Assembly (NCBI RefSeq): GCF_008000775.2
Contig: NZ_CP042905.2
Location: 2,070,001-2,102,000 of the forward strand
From: Promethearchaeum syntrophicum
GTDB lineage: Archaea; Asgardarchaeota; Lokiarchaeia; Sigyniarchaeales; Promethearchaeaceae
DNA: 32,000 nt
Direction of reading: 5' to 3'
Position numbers and translations under genes: made by a program. The notes below the pieces were generated by a model. It searched no databases. It was given only the letters and a program-made list of their open reading frames with translations, and had not been told where the DNA came from. This document shows positions 23,833-32,000 of this stretch, one piece after another. Every line of letters starts with the position of its first letter. The first letter of the stretch is position 1.

Positions 23833-26754
23833 TTAATAATTTTCAATGCCCATCGTTTGTGAAAATTTTGGGAGAGTAATTGTAAAGGTTGATCCTTCTT
23901 TCCATTTACTTTTAAAGCTGATATTTCCATTATGTAATTCAATCAATCTTTTAGTTAATGATAATCCCAATCCTGTGCCTTCAACTGTTGCCGTATGTTC
24001 ATTTTTTAATCTTTTAAAATCTTGAAAAATAAACTTAAAATCTTTTTCTTCAATCCCAATTCCCGTATCAATTACAGAAAATTCCCAATGATTCCTAGTT
24101 TCAAAAATCTCAAGGGTAATTCCACCGGATATAGTATATTTTATTGCATTACTAAGTAGATTAAAAATAATTTCTTTAAACCTTTTGGGATCACATTTGA
24201 TCATTTTTCCTTCTTCAAGTCCAATAATTTCAAAGGTTAGGTTTTTTTTTTCATACTCGGGTCTAATTGTAGTACCAATTTGATTCAATAATTCTTTTAA
24301 ATTTACATCAACAAATCGCAAAGTTATTTTTCCCGCTTCGATTTTAGATATATCTAAGATATCGTTTATTAATTCAAGTAAGTGTTGAGCTGAAGATCTT
24401 ACATTTTCAATATAATTCTCTTGTTTTTCGTTTAAATCTCCATAGAATTTCTCTTTTAAAATATCAGAAAATCCAATAATACTATTTAGAGGAGTCCTTA
24501 ATTCATGAGACATTGAAGACATGAATTCCGATTTAAATTCTGACGCTTTTATAATATGGTCTTGAAATTTTTTTTGCTGTTCAAATTTTTCGGTGAAATC
24601 ACGTGCGATGGAAAAAACTCCTATAATTTTATCTTCATAATTAATAAAGGGAGAGTAGGTTACTGATATATCAAGTTCTTTACCATCTTTTCTTAAGCGT
24701 TTAGTTTCAAAATGTTTTACTTTCTCACCTTTTTTTATTCTATCGAAAATAAATTTTCTCTCTTCATAACGATCTGGTGGAACTAAATCTAAATTTTTTC
24801 TGTATAAAACTTCTTTAGCTGTATACCCAAATGTTTGTTCAGCACCTTTATTCCAATATATCATAGTTCCATCCAAATCCATATTAATAAAAGCATCATC
24901 TGAATTTTCTACCATTTTTAATAAATTTTCCTTTTCATTTTCTATTTCCCTTCGCAAGAGACCGATTTTTAGAAGTTCTCCGATTTTTTTTATTAAATTT
25001 TCTTCTTCTTTAAGGAAAGGAAGGTTATCTTGGTAAAATATCTCAATTAATAATATTTTATCGTTAACAAATTCTTTCCTGGATATTTTCCATGTGGTGT
25101 CTAAAATGTTGTTTAATTTGTACTCAATTCCATTAAATGTTATTTTAACATTAATCAAATTTGGAAATTTAAAAGTTGGAGGAATTAAATTTAGGACATT
25201 TTGAAGAGTTTCTCTTATCGAAATATCTGGTGTTGATAATAAATGTGATATACCAAATAAACAATTAAGTTGGTTAATTTGATCTTTTTGTTTGTTTTCA
25301 GATGTTCTCAATTTGTTTTCTATAATTTTACGTTCTCTTATTTCTTGTTGTAATTCAAGAGTTTTTAGATCAACTTCTTTTTCCAATTTCACATTGAATT
25401 TTCTCATCATATCTTCAGATTTTTTCTTTTCTGTTTCATCTCTCAAGATTCCAATATATTCAATTTGATCCCCAGATTCAATTCCTACTACCTTTCCAGA
25501 AAACGGGATATAATGTCCGGATTTATGTTTCAATTGACAATCATATGATAATACAACTCCTGGAACGCCAATTATTTTTTTCCCCACCGATAATAAAGCT
25601 TTAGGATTAGCCAGTAGTTTGAAAAATTTTTGTCCTAACAATTCTTCTGGTTTATAACCCAGTAGCGTATAAACCTGAGGATTACAATAGTTAATTTTTC
25701 CTTTTGGGTCAACAGCTCCAATAATATCTGTTAGATTGTTAACTAGATTAGTATATTTCTTGAGAGATTCTTCCATTTTCTTATTAAATTCTTTTGATAA
25801 ATTTTCAGATTTTTTCTTTTCTGTTTCATCTCTCAAGATTCCGATATATTCAATTTCTTTACCCCATTCAATTCCTACTACCTTTCCAGAAAACGGGATA
25901 TAATGCCCGGATTTATGTTTCAATTCGCAATCAAATGATAAAACAACTCCAGGAACACCCTTTATTTTTCTTGTAAGCGAATATATCGCTTTTGGGTCAA
26001 GATAAAGCGCGAAAAAATTTTGACCTTTCAATTCTTCAGGTTTATAGCCTAAAGAGGTATACATTTGAGAATTACCGTAAATAATTTTTCCTTTTTTATC
26101 TATAACTCCAACAATATCTGTGAGATTATCAACCAAATTACTATATTTCTTACTAGATTCTTCTAATTTCTTTTCATATTCCTTTTGTTCAGATATATCT
26201 CTAATTAAGACTGCAAATTTTTCCTCCGAATAATATAATGAGCGAACTTCATAATATTTTCTTTTATTTTCTTCATCCTCAGCATTATAATTGAAAATGA
26301 GAGGTTTCTTAAATTTTAAAATAGCTTCTATGTTAGCAGTAATAGTGTCTGAAATCCTTTTGGGGAATATTTCAGATAATTTTTTTCCCAAGACAGATCT
26401 TTGATAAAACTGAGAATTCTTCTTATTTCCATTAAATTCCAAAGCCGTTCCATCTTTTGAGAATAAAAATAAGGAATCTGGAATGGTTTGGAAAATATTA
26501 TTAAATGTTCGGTCGTATGTTCTAATCTGACGTATAATTTTATATCCTAAAATATGAAATAGGGCTACAATTAATAAGCGCATAAATAAATTATAGGGGG
26601 GAATTTTTAGAATCATTAAATCCCAGAAATTTTCACCTAAATTAAAAAAATAAAAGGCTATCGTGGCATCTAATATCCATACAAGAATTCCAGAGAGAAA
26701 AACTATAAAATATGTGTGTCTTACCTTCTTTTTATCATCAGATTTTGGTGTCAT
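23833..26754 (-). CDS. Membrane-anchored multi-PAS sensor histidine kinase with an internal tandem PAS duplication
   Basis: N-terminal TM helices (YFIVFLSGILVWILDATIAFYFF, LFMRLLIVALFHILGY), several PAS blocks, H-box SHELRTPLNSIIGF, N-box LLSNAIKYT, DTGIGI and GTGLGLS. Confidence 0.9.
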   Translation of the reverse strand: MTPKSDDKKKVRHTYFIVFLSGILVWILDATIAFYFFNLGENFWDLMILKIPPYNLFMRLLIVALFHILGYKIIRQIRTYDRTFNNIFQTIPDSLFLFSKDGTALEFNGNKKNSQFYQRSVLGKKLSEIFPKRISDTITANIEAILKFKKPLIFNYNAEDEENKRKYYEVRSLYYSEEKFAVLIRDISEQKEYEKKLEESSKKYSNLVDNLTDIVGVIDKKGKIIYGNSQMYTSLGYKPEELKGQNFFALYLDPKAIYSLTRKIKGVPGVVLSFDCELKHKSGHYIPFSGKVVGIEWGKEIEYIGILRDETEKKKSENLSKEFNKKMEESLKKYTNLVNNLTDIIGAVDPKGKINYCNPQVYTLLGYKPEELLGQKFFKLLANPKALLSVGKKIIGVPGVVLSYDCQLKHKSGHYIPFSGKVVGIESGDQIEYIGILRDETEKKKSEDMMRKFNVKLEKEVDLKTLELQQEIRERKIIENKLRTSENKQKDQINQLNCLFGISHLLSTPDISIRETLQNVLNLIPPTFKFPNLINVKITFNGIEYKLNNILDTTWKISRKEFVNDKILLIEIFYQDNLPFLKEEENLIKKIGELLKIGLLRREIENEKENLLKMVENSDDAFINMDLDGTMIYWNKGAEQTFGYTAKEVLYRKNLDLVPPDRYEERKFIFDRIKKGEKVKHFETKRLRKDGKELDISVTYSPFINYEDKIIGVFSIARDFTEKFEQQKKFQDHIIKASEFKSEFMSSMSHELRTPLNSIIGFSDILKEKFYGDLNEKQENYIENVRSSAQHLLELINDILDISKIEAGKITLRFVDVNLKELLNQIGTTIRPEYEKKNLTFEIIGLEEGKMIKCDPKRFKEIIFNLLSNAIKYTISGGITLEIFETRNHWEFSVIDTGIGIEEKDFKFIFQDFKRLKNEHTATVEGTGLGLSLTKRLIELHNGNISFKSKWKEGSTFTITLPKFSQTMGIENY
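25415..26194 (-). repeat. Tandem 390-bp (130-aa) in-frame duplication encoding two PAS domains
   Basis: tcagattttttcttttctgtttcatctctcaagattcc[a/g]atatattcaattt occurs at 25415 and again at 25805. At the protein level, KKYSNLVDNLTDIVGVIDKKGKIIYGN...HKSGHYIPFSGKVVGIEWGKEIEYIGILRDETEKKKSE matches KKYTNLVNNLTDIIGAVDPKGKINYCN...HKSGHYIPFSGKVVGIESGDQIEYIGILRDETEKKKSE. Confidence 0.9.
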
Positions 26755-27034
26755 ATTTGAAAACCTCGTTAGTTTTTATGAAGTCAGATAATTATCATTT
26801 GCGGTCGAGCAAAATATTTTGTTTTACAATATAATACTGATTCCCTATAAATATGTAAATTTATTTACAAAATTTAATTCAACAATAAAACAAAATATAA
26901 TATATAATTAAATTTCCAATAACCTATCTTCATATCTTTTTATTATTTTTTTTTAAGCGACCATGTAATTTTCTAGAAGGATTAATGAAGAAATAACATA
27001 TTTCAATCAAATTTAGTAAATTTAGGTTAGAATT

Positions 27035-29596
27035 CTAAAAAAATCCAAGGAAAATTGAATATAAAGAAGGTAAGTAAAAAACCCAAACGATTATCCCTTC
27101 TTGAATCAATACGATTAAGATACAAAGAAAAACAAATATTACTAAACCAAAAGTGTCAATTAGAGACCATTTCACTTGATATAGATTAGTTCTTCTTTTG
27201 AAAAATCCAAATCCCCTTGCTTCAATAGTTGACGCTGTTGTTTTTGCTTTTCTAATGATTGAAATGAGTAATGTAGTTATACGTTCAATTAAATGATTAT
27301 AGATTTTTCTAATTGAAATTCCTTTACGAATATAAGCTCCCCGTAATTGCTGAGCTATTTCAATAGTATTCGATTCCTGCTCAATTAAAGGGATATATCT
27401 TAAACCTATCATAAATGAAAATGCGTAACGATAGGGAATCCCTATTTGGATTAACGAATAGACTAAATCTTTTGGAGATGTAGTTTTTGTGAACATAATT
27501 GATGTAGAGATGAAAATGATTATTAAAAATCCGGTTCGTAATGAGTAATAGAGTGCTAATCTTCTTACAGGCAAATTATCGGAAAAGAAATAAAATAAAA
27601 CTTCATCTGTTTGGGTTATATTTGCATCAAATAATGTATTTAGTGGAATATAAATTAAAGTCAACATTATTAACCATCGAATTTGTCTTAATATCGAGCT
27701 AACAGACAGATTGGCGCTTTTTGCAATAACTAAGAGCAATAGATAAATTATCACTAAAAATATAATACTATCCTGGTAAAAAAGCAAGAAAGTGAAAATA
27801 ATTAGAAATGTAAGTTTCATAACTGGATTTAATTTACTAATCCAATTTTCGCTTTGGGATGGTGACGATAATCGATTGAGAAATAAATTAATTCTTGGAA
27901 GTTTCCTTGAAGATTTTTTTTTCTTTTTCTTTTTTTTTATCTTTTTGATAGTTGTTGGAGGTTTTGTAATTTCATCATCTACAGATGATTTTGTATTTGT
28001 AGTTTCAAGTTCTATAATTCTTGAACAATTATTCTGTAGAAGTTCTTTATCATGTGATACAATAAGAACGGTTTTTCCTTCTTCAACAAATCTATTTAGA
28101 ATTTTAAAAATATTATCAATTGAAGCTGCATCTTGACCAATAAAAGGTTCATCAACTAGAAGCAATTCAGGAGAATAACTGAATATTGAAGCCAAATTGA
28201 GTCTACGTTTTTGCCCCCAACTCAGAGAAAAAGGGTTTTTATTACGCAAAACATCGAACTCTTTCCGATGTTCACCAATCAATGGTAAATATCTTTCAAC
28301 TATATCATTTTCTTCTCTATTTAGATCTTCTTTACTTGGTTTTTTTTTTTTCCTTGAAAAGATATTTTGAAAAAAATTTCCTTTCAATTTATGTTGTCGT
28401 CTATTAAGTTCAATAAAATTTCTAGGAGCAAATAGGATTTCGTCTTTAATAGTTCTTCCGAATAATTGATTTTCAGGATTTTGAAATATAAAACCCATTT
28501 TTGGAATAAATTCATATAATTTTATTAAATCGTATGATTCTCCTGAAAAATTCATACTTCCGTTTATTGGGTTTAACATATGAGCAATTAAATAGAGCAG
28601 GGTTGTTTTTCCAGTCCCGTTATTTCCAACAATCCCTAAAAATTCTCCTTTATTTACATCTAATGAAAAATTAGAAAAAACCATAGATTTACTATTAGGA
28701 TATTGGTATGATATATTTTCTAATTTTAGAATTGGAGTTTTAGAATTTGAATGATCATTTCTATTATTTACATTAACGTTCTCTAATGTTATATCATCTC
28801 TTAAATAACGAATATTTCCTTTTTTGAGATATTTTTCATAATCCTCTGTTTTTCCATTAAAAATCATTTCTCCATATTGATTTAAAAGAAAAATTCTGTT
28901 AATTAAAGAATAGAACGGCTTTAACCGGTGTTCAATAATAATAATTGTTAATGAAGGGTCTATTTTGTGCAAGTTTTCTAAGAGATTTCGAAGCAATATT
29001 TCACTTTTTTTATCTAAAAATGCTAAAGGTTCGTCCAATAGTAATATCTTAGGGGACATTACTAAATTTGCTGCTAAAATAGTCTTTTGTTTTTCTCCGC
29101 TACTAAGAGAGTAAATTGATCTGTTTAATAATTCAGTAATTCCGAGGGCTTCGGCTATGTGCTTAACCCTTTTTCTAATTTCATCTTGAGATAGTCTTAA
29201 ATTTTCAGCAGCGAACGCAATTTCATCGAAAACACTAAAACTAATTAATTGCTCTTCTGTATTTTGAAAAACATAACTTATTTTTCGTGAAATTTCTTCT
29301 TGATTATAATTCCAAATGTTTTTTTCGAATAAATTTAGGTTTCCCTTCATTTGACCAGAAATTGTTAATGGAATCCTACCCGAAATAGCATTACAGAGTG
29401 TACTTTTTCCAGAACCACTTATTCCTCCTAAAAGTATAATTTCACCTTGAAAAATTGATAAGTTTATATCTTTAAGCGCAAATTCTCGTTGTTTTTCATA
29501 ACGGAAAGAAAAATTTGAAAATTCAATAATCGGAATAGTATCAGAATTTAACGAATTGCTGTTTCCAATAATTTCATCAATTTTTGAACTTTCCAT
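27035..29596 (-). CDS. ECF-type ABC transporter fusion: EcfA-like ATPase, EcfA'-like ATPase and EcfT/CbiQ-like transmembrane domain in one polypeptide
   Basis: ATPase 1 has Walker A GGISGSGKST, signature LSSGEKQK and Walker B ILLLDEP. ATPase 2 has GNNGTGKTT, LSWGQKRR, LLLVDEP and VSHD. A poly-Lys linker (KKIKKKKKKKKSSRK) follows. The C-terminal multi-TM domain carries EcfT-like IEARGFG. Confidence 0.85.
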   Translation of the reverse strand: MESSKIDEIIGNSNSLNSDTIPIIEFSNFSFRYEKQREFALKDINLSIFQGEIILLGGISGSGKSTLCNAISGRIPLTISGQMKGNLNLFEKNIWNYNQEEISRKISYVFQNTEEQLISFSVFDEIAFAAENLRLSQDEIRKRVKHIAEALGITELLNRSIYSLSSGEKQKTILAANLVMSPKILLLDEPLAFLDKKSEILLRNLLENLHKIDPSLTIIIIEHRLKPFYSLINRIFLLNQYGEMIFNGKTEDYEKYLKKGNIRYLRDDITLENVNVNNRNDHSNSKTPILKLENISYQYPNSKSMVFSNFSLDVNKGEFLGIVGNNGTGKTTLLYLIAHMLNPINGSMNFSGESYDLIKLYEFIPKMGFIFQNPENQLFGRTIKDEILFAPRNFIELNRRQHKLKGNFFQNIFSRKKKKPSKEDLNREENDIVERYLPLIGEHRKEFDVLRNKNPFSLSWGQKRRLNLASIFSYSPELLLVDEPFIGQDAASIDNIFKILNRFVEEGKTVLIVSHDKELLQNNCSRIIELETTNTKSSVDDEITKPPTTIKKIKKKKKKKKSSRKLPRINLFLNRLSSPSQSENWISKLNPVMKLTFLIIFTFLLFYQDSIIFLVIIYLLLLVIAKSANLSVSSILRQIRWLIMLTLIYIPLNTLFDANITQTDEVLFYFFSDNLPVRRLALYYSLRTGFLIIIFISTSIMFTKTTSPKDLVYSLIQIGIPYRYAFSFMIGLRYIPLIEQESNTIEIAQQLRGAYIRKGISIRKIYNHLIERITTLLISIIRKAKTTASTIEARGFGFFKRRTNLYQVKWSLIDTFGLVIFVFLCILIVLIQEGIIVWVFYLPSLYSIFLGFF

Positions 29597-29620
29597 ACGA
29601 ACCTTATTCCCCTTTAATGT

Positions 29621-30277
29621 TTATATAATTCCTGAATTTTTAATGCGTTTACTAATTAATTTTCCAAGTAATCCTGCAAGAAATACTCCGGAAATAAACC
29701 CAAACATACAAGCCATAACAAAAAGACTCCAATGAATTAGCCAAATTTTTCCGGTGATTATCCAAAAAAGTGGAACTTGAGATACATTTCCAATTCCTCC
29801 AGCAATCGCCCAACCTAAATTAGAATTTCCCTCACGGAAGAGTTCAACTAAATAAAAACCGAAAATAAGGAAAATACCTTCATATAGCATTATTAAAACT
29901 TCAAAAATTCCCCAATTCGAACCAAATAAAAATCCTATAAAACCTTGAATTGTTGCAGTTAATATCATTGTTTTTTTTTTTTTTGTTAATCCATAAACAA
30001 GAACCATCCATAACAAATGATGTCCCGAAACAAGTTGTGTTCCTCCAATAAAGGGATACCAAGTTTTTATCAAAAGACTAAAAGGAATTAAACTTGAGAT
30101 AAAACCTCCCATAATACCAAGAATTGAAGCAATCAATAATTCTTGAGTAGAGAAGTAATACTTTGATTTGTTATTCAAATTTTTTTCTGCCAAAGATCCA
30201 GTATATTGGAGTTCTTCCTCATCAGCTTTTTGATTTGGCAGATGATTATTATTAAAATTATTATTTTTATGATCCAT
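29621..30277 (-). CDS. Polytopic membrane protein, putative ECF substrate-capture (S) component
   Basis: It has about 5-6 hydrophobic helices and lies 24 bp upstream of the ECF A-A'-T fusion gene, co-directional with it. The assignment rests on context and topology only. Confidence 0.45.
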   Translation of the reverse strand: MDHKNNNFNNNHLPNQKADEEELQYTGSLAEKNLNNKSKYYFSTQELLIASILGIMGGFISSLIPFSLLIKTWYPFIGGTQLVSGHHLLWMVLVYGLTKKKKTMILTATIQGFIGFLFGSNWGIFEVLIMLYEGIFLIFGFYLVELFREGNSNLGWAIAGGIGNVSQVPLFWIITGKIWLIHWSLFVMACMFGFISGVFLAGLLGKLISKRIKNSGII

Positions 30278-30287
30278 TAAACAACCT

Positions 30288-30896
30288 CTAAATTACAATT
30301 AACGTATCGAGATATTTCACATTGAATTTGCTATTATGCACATAATCTTGATTATTATCTTCAAATATTTGCTGCATTTCTGAATCATCTTTAATGCAAT
30401 CAAAATCCACTGCTGCCGCTAGAGGTCCATTACCGCCTAATTCCTTTGAATCCAAAAGTTGGCCATTTTCGTGAGTTACAATGATCACCATTTCAGGATT
30501 ACTCCTGATCAGACGAATAGGAAAATTATATGTCGTGTACCCATCCATAGATTGAAATCTGATATATTCGGCATCCTCACGCAACAAATTATAAATCTTT
30601 AAGATATCTAAAAGCATCACACCCGATAAGGTTCTATTATACTCTGTTCCAACACTATTTACAATATTAAATTCGACATTCTCAACACGAATAAAACTTT
30701 CATTAAGAAGATATGAAATCCCTATAAATTTATCTGCATTAACGTTCCCAGTAATCCAAAGACATGAAGAATCATCACAATTTTCAAATTGATTCTTTGT
30801 TTCCATGTATATATTCCAATTATAAATGAATAGGGATCCAAAAATAGCACTAAAAATTATTGTAGCGATAATAATATTTCGGGTACGGGCTTTCAT
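30288..30896 (-). CDS. N-terminally anchored extracytoplasmic protein with a molybdopterin-oxidoreductase-like (Oxidored_molyb-type) fold pattern
   Basis: It has a TM anchor (IIIATIIFSAIFGSLFIY). The pattern LWITGNV...SGVMLLDILKIYNL...YIRFQSMDGYTTYNFPI...VIIVTHENGQLL...GPLAAAV mirrors l.v.G.v...W.GvpL.dlL...v.f.a.DGy...l...llay.mNGepL...GyP.Rlv. Confidence 0.35.
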   Translation of the reverse strand: MKARTRNIIIATIIFSAIFGSLFIYNWNIYMETKNQFENCDDSSCLWITGNVNADKFIGISYLLNESFIRVENVEFNIVNSVGTEYNRTLSGVMLLDILKIYNLLREDAEYIRFQSMDGYTTYNFPIRLIRSNPEMVIIVTHENGQLLDSKELGGNGPLAAAVDFDCIKDDSEMQQIFEDNNQDYVHNSKFNVKYLDTLIVI

Positions 30897-30924
30897 TTTT
30901 ACTCTTCTTTAGTTTTTTAATATT

Positions 30925-31833
30925 TTAATTTTTGAGTCGATAAATTAAGATAAAGATTATTCCAATCGAAAATGCTATTATACCAGATGCAATTCCGATT
31001 CCATATGGCATATAATCTTTAAATCTAGGATCGAAAGAATTGGTTAAATCTAATTCGTAGGTCCATGAAATGGCATGCTCAACCGATCCGATAGAATCTC
31101 CAATTCCAGTAGAAAAGCGATAGGTGTTGTTATGTTCAAATTGCACATCAAAGTCGGGTTCATCAGTGATTAGAGAACGAATAAGTTCCACTTGATAATA
31201 GCCTTCATTGTTTATCCCTATACCGGATGTAAATGATATTGTAGGATCATTCGATTTTTCACTATCAAGCCAGCCTTCATGTCCATAAACAGTATCAAAC
31301 ATTTTCATTTGAGACCCATTATTTTGAGATAATCTAATCCATGTCCAGCTATCAACTCTTGTCCCATTTTCACTGGTTTGCATTGCTCCAGACTCTAAAA
31401 ATTGGGATACCGTAAAATCTGTACAGTTAATATTCCAACAGAGGAAAAGTTGATCTTGTCTGTTAATTGGAGTAGAATCGTTCCAACGCGCTTTAATATA
31501 TAGGTTTGAATCATCATATATGTATTTTATGAACATATAAGATTTAACACGCATATTGCTATAGTAATTATTTGCCATTGGAATTTCATATTCATGTACA
31601 TCTTGTTGATTCCAGGATTCCTCAGTAGATTCTATTCCATCAATTGTAATATTAGGAGAACTAATGTATCTTCCATAATGTCGAGTAATTCCGTGATGTA
31701 TGGAGCAATCAGAATCTGAAGCACCCCAATCTCCTTTCACATTCAATGAGAAACTTAAAATAATGGACGAAATGAGCAGTACTGTTAGAAATAATGAAGA
31801 TTTCAATTTTTTCATTTTCGGGTATTCCGCCAA
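30925..31833 (-). CDS. Surface protein with N-terminal signal/anchor, DOMON/EB_dh-like (heme-binding-type) beta-sandwich pattern and a C-terminal TM anchor
   Basis: The signal-like segment is LFLTVLLISSIILSFSL. ITIDGIES.EESWNQ...SNLYIKARWNDSTP...DQLFLCW...VDSWTWIR resembles EB_dh/DOMON family motifs. The C-terminal anchor is GIGIASGIIAFSIGIIFILIYRLKN. Confidence 0.35.
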   Translation of the reverse strand: MAEYPKMKKLKSSLFLTVLLISSIILSFSLNVKGDWGASDSDCSIHHGITRHYGRYISSPNITIDGIESTEESWNQQDVHEYEIPMANNYYSNMRVKSYMFIKYIYDDSNLYIKARWNDSTPINRQDQLFLCWNINCTDFTVSQFLESGAMQTSENGTRVDSWTWIRLSQNNGSQMKMFDTVYGHEGWLDSEKSNDPTISFTSGIGINNEGYYQVELIRSLITDEPDFDVQFEHNNTYRFSTGIGDSIGSVEHAISWTYELDLTNSFDPRFKDYMPYGIGIASGIIAFSIGIIFILIYRLKN

Positions 31834-31888
31834 ATATAATTATGCTAAATTAATAAAAAAAAAATTTATAATTTTGAATCTATAGATT

Positions 31889-32000
31889 TCAGTTCTTTTT
31901 ACTTTTCATGACTAACGCACTAATAGCAAAAATCGAAATTATAAATAGCAATTGTACTTGAAAACCAGGAATCCAATTTTCTTCAGGTATAATTATTATT
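31889..32000 (-). CDS. C-terminal fragment of a CDS entering from the right edge (TM anchor plus a short basic tail)
   Basis: My own reverse translation gives ...IIIIPEENWIPGFQVQLLFIISIFAISALVMKSKKN*, with the stop at 31889-31891. The anchor style matches the neighbouring surface protein. Confidence 0.4.
   Translation of the reverse strand, partial: IIIIPEENWIPGFQVQLLFIISIFAISALVMKSKKN

Noticed and set aside
25415-26194. A 390-bp repeated block, considered as an IS or mobile-element remnant.
   Set aside because: Both copies are in frame inside the kinase CDS and encode complete PAS domains. There are no terminal inverted repeats and no transposase.
3121-31885. Many 60-150 aa ORFs in the track lie antisense to, or out of frame within, long CDSs: 3121-3306, 3356-3565, 4529-4729, 7162-7374, 7525-7788, 7807-8259, 9490-9690, 9621-9809, 10330-10641, 15508-15750, 16097-16294, 18684-18878, 22604-22888, 23181-23486, 25794-25976, 27792-28136 and 31700-31885.
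   Set aside because: Each is fully embedded in a much longer ORF that has clear domain motifs. Their translations are low-complexity (F/I/L/S/K-rich), as expected for shadow frames in AT-rich DNA, and none carries a recognisable motif.
1-32000. Scan of intergenic regions for tRNA, rRNA or other structured RNA genes, which should appear as GC-rich islands in an AT-rich background.
   Set aside because: No GC-rich cloverleaf-sized segment or rRNA-like sequence was seen in any gap (1392-1607, 3608-3843, 8692-8973, 9355-9574, 12335-12534, 12931-13181, 20092-20634, 23471-23832, 26755-27034).

Overview
This is a very AT-rich window (about 30% G+C by eye, not computed), densely coding, with no rRNA, tRNA, CRISPR array or mobile element that I can see. 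All calls rest on motif recognition only; no database or structure search was possible. The gene content looks archaeal and is most consistent with an Asgard (Lokiarchaeota-like) genome. The evidence is an aEF-2-type translocase paralog, a DRG/TGS GTPase, several Arf/Rag(Gtr1)-like small GTPases fused to roadblock/longin-like domains, and likely leaderless or oligo-T-terminated genes. Positions 1-20100 form an unusual signalling island. It holds four Arf/Rag-like small GTPases, a DRG GTPase and an EF-2 paralog, interleaved with two PAS histidine kinases (a third lies at 23.8-26.8 kb), four single-domain CheY-like receivers and a longin-like protein with a His-less DHp-like domain. Each complete Arf/Rag-like GTPase gene has a two-component gene as a direct neighbour: a receiver for two of them, and a receiver-headed kinase array for the third. 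I read this as a candidate hybrid phosphorelay / small-GTPase system, conceptually like Myxococcus Frz-RomR-MglA/MglB. One GTPase ends in a poly-proline tract plus a WH2-like motif, which may link it to actin. The rest of the window encodes a secreted 4x tandem-repeat protein, a tandem Lrp-like HTH protein and a vWA protein. It ends with a four-gene operon: two membrane-anchored extracytoplasmic proteins, a putative S component and a single-polypeptide EcfA-EcfA'-EcfT fusion.
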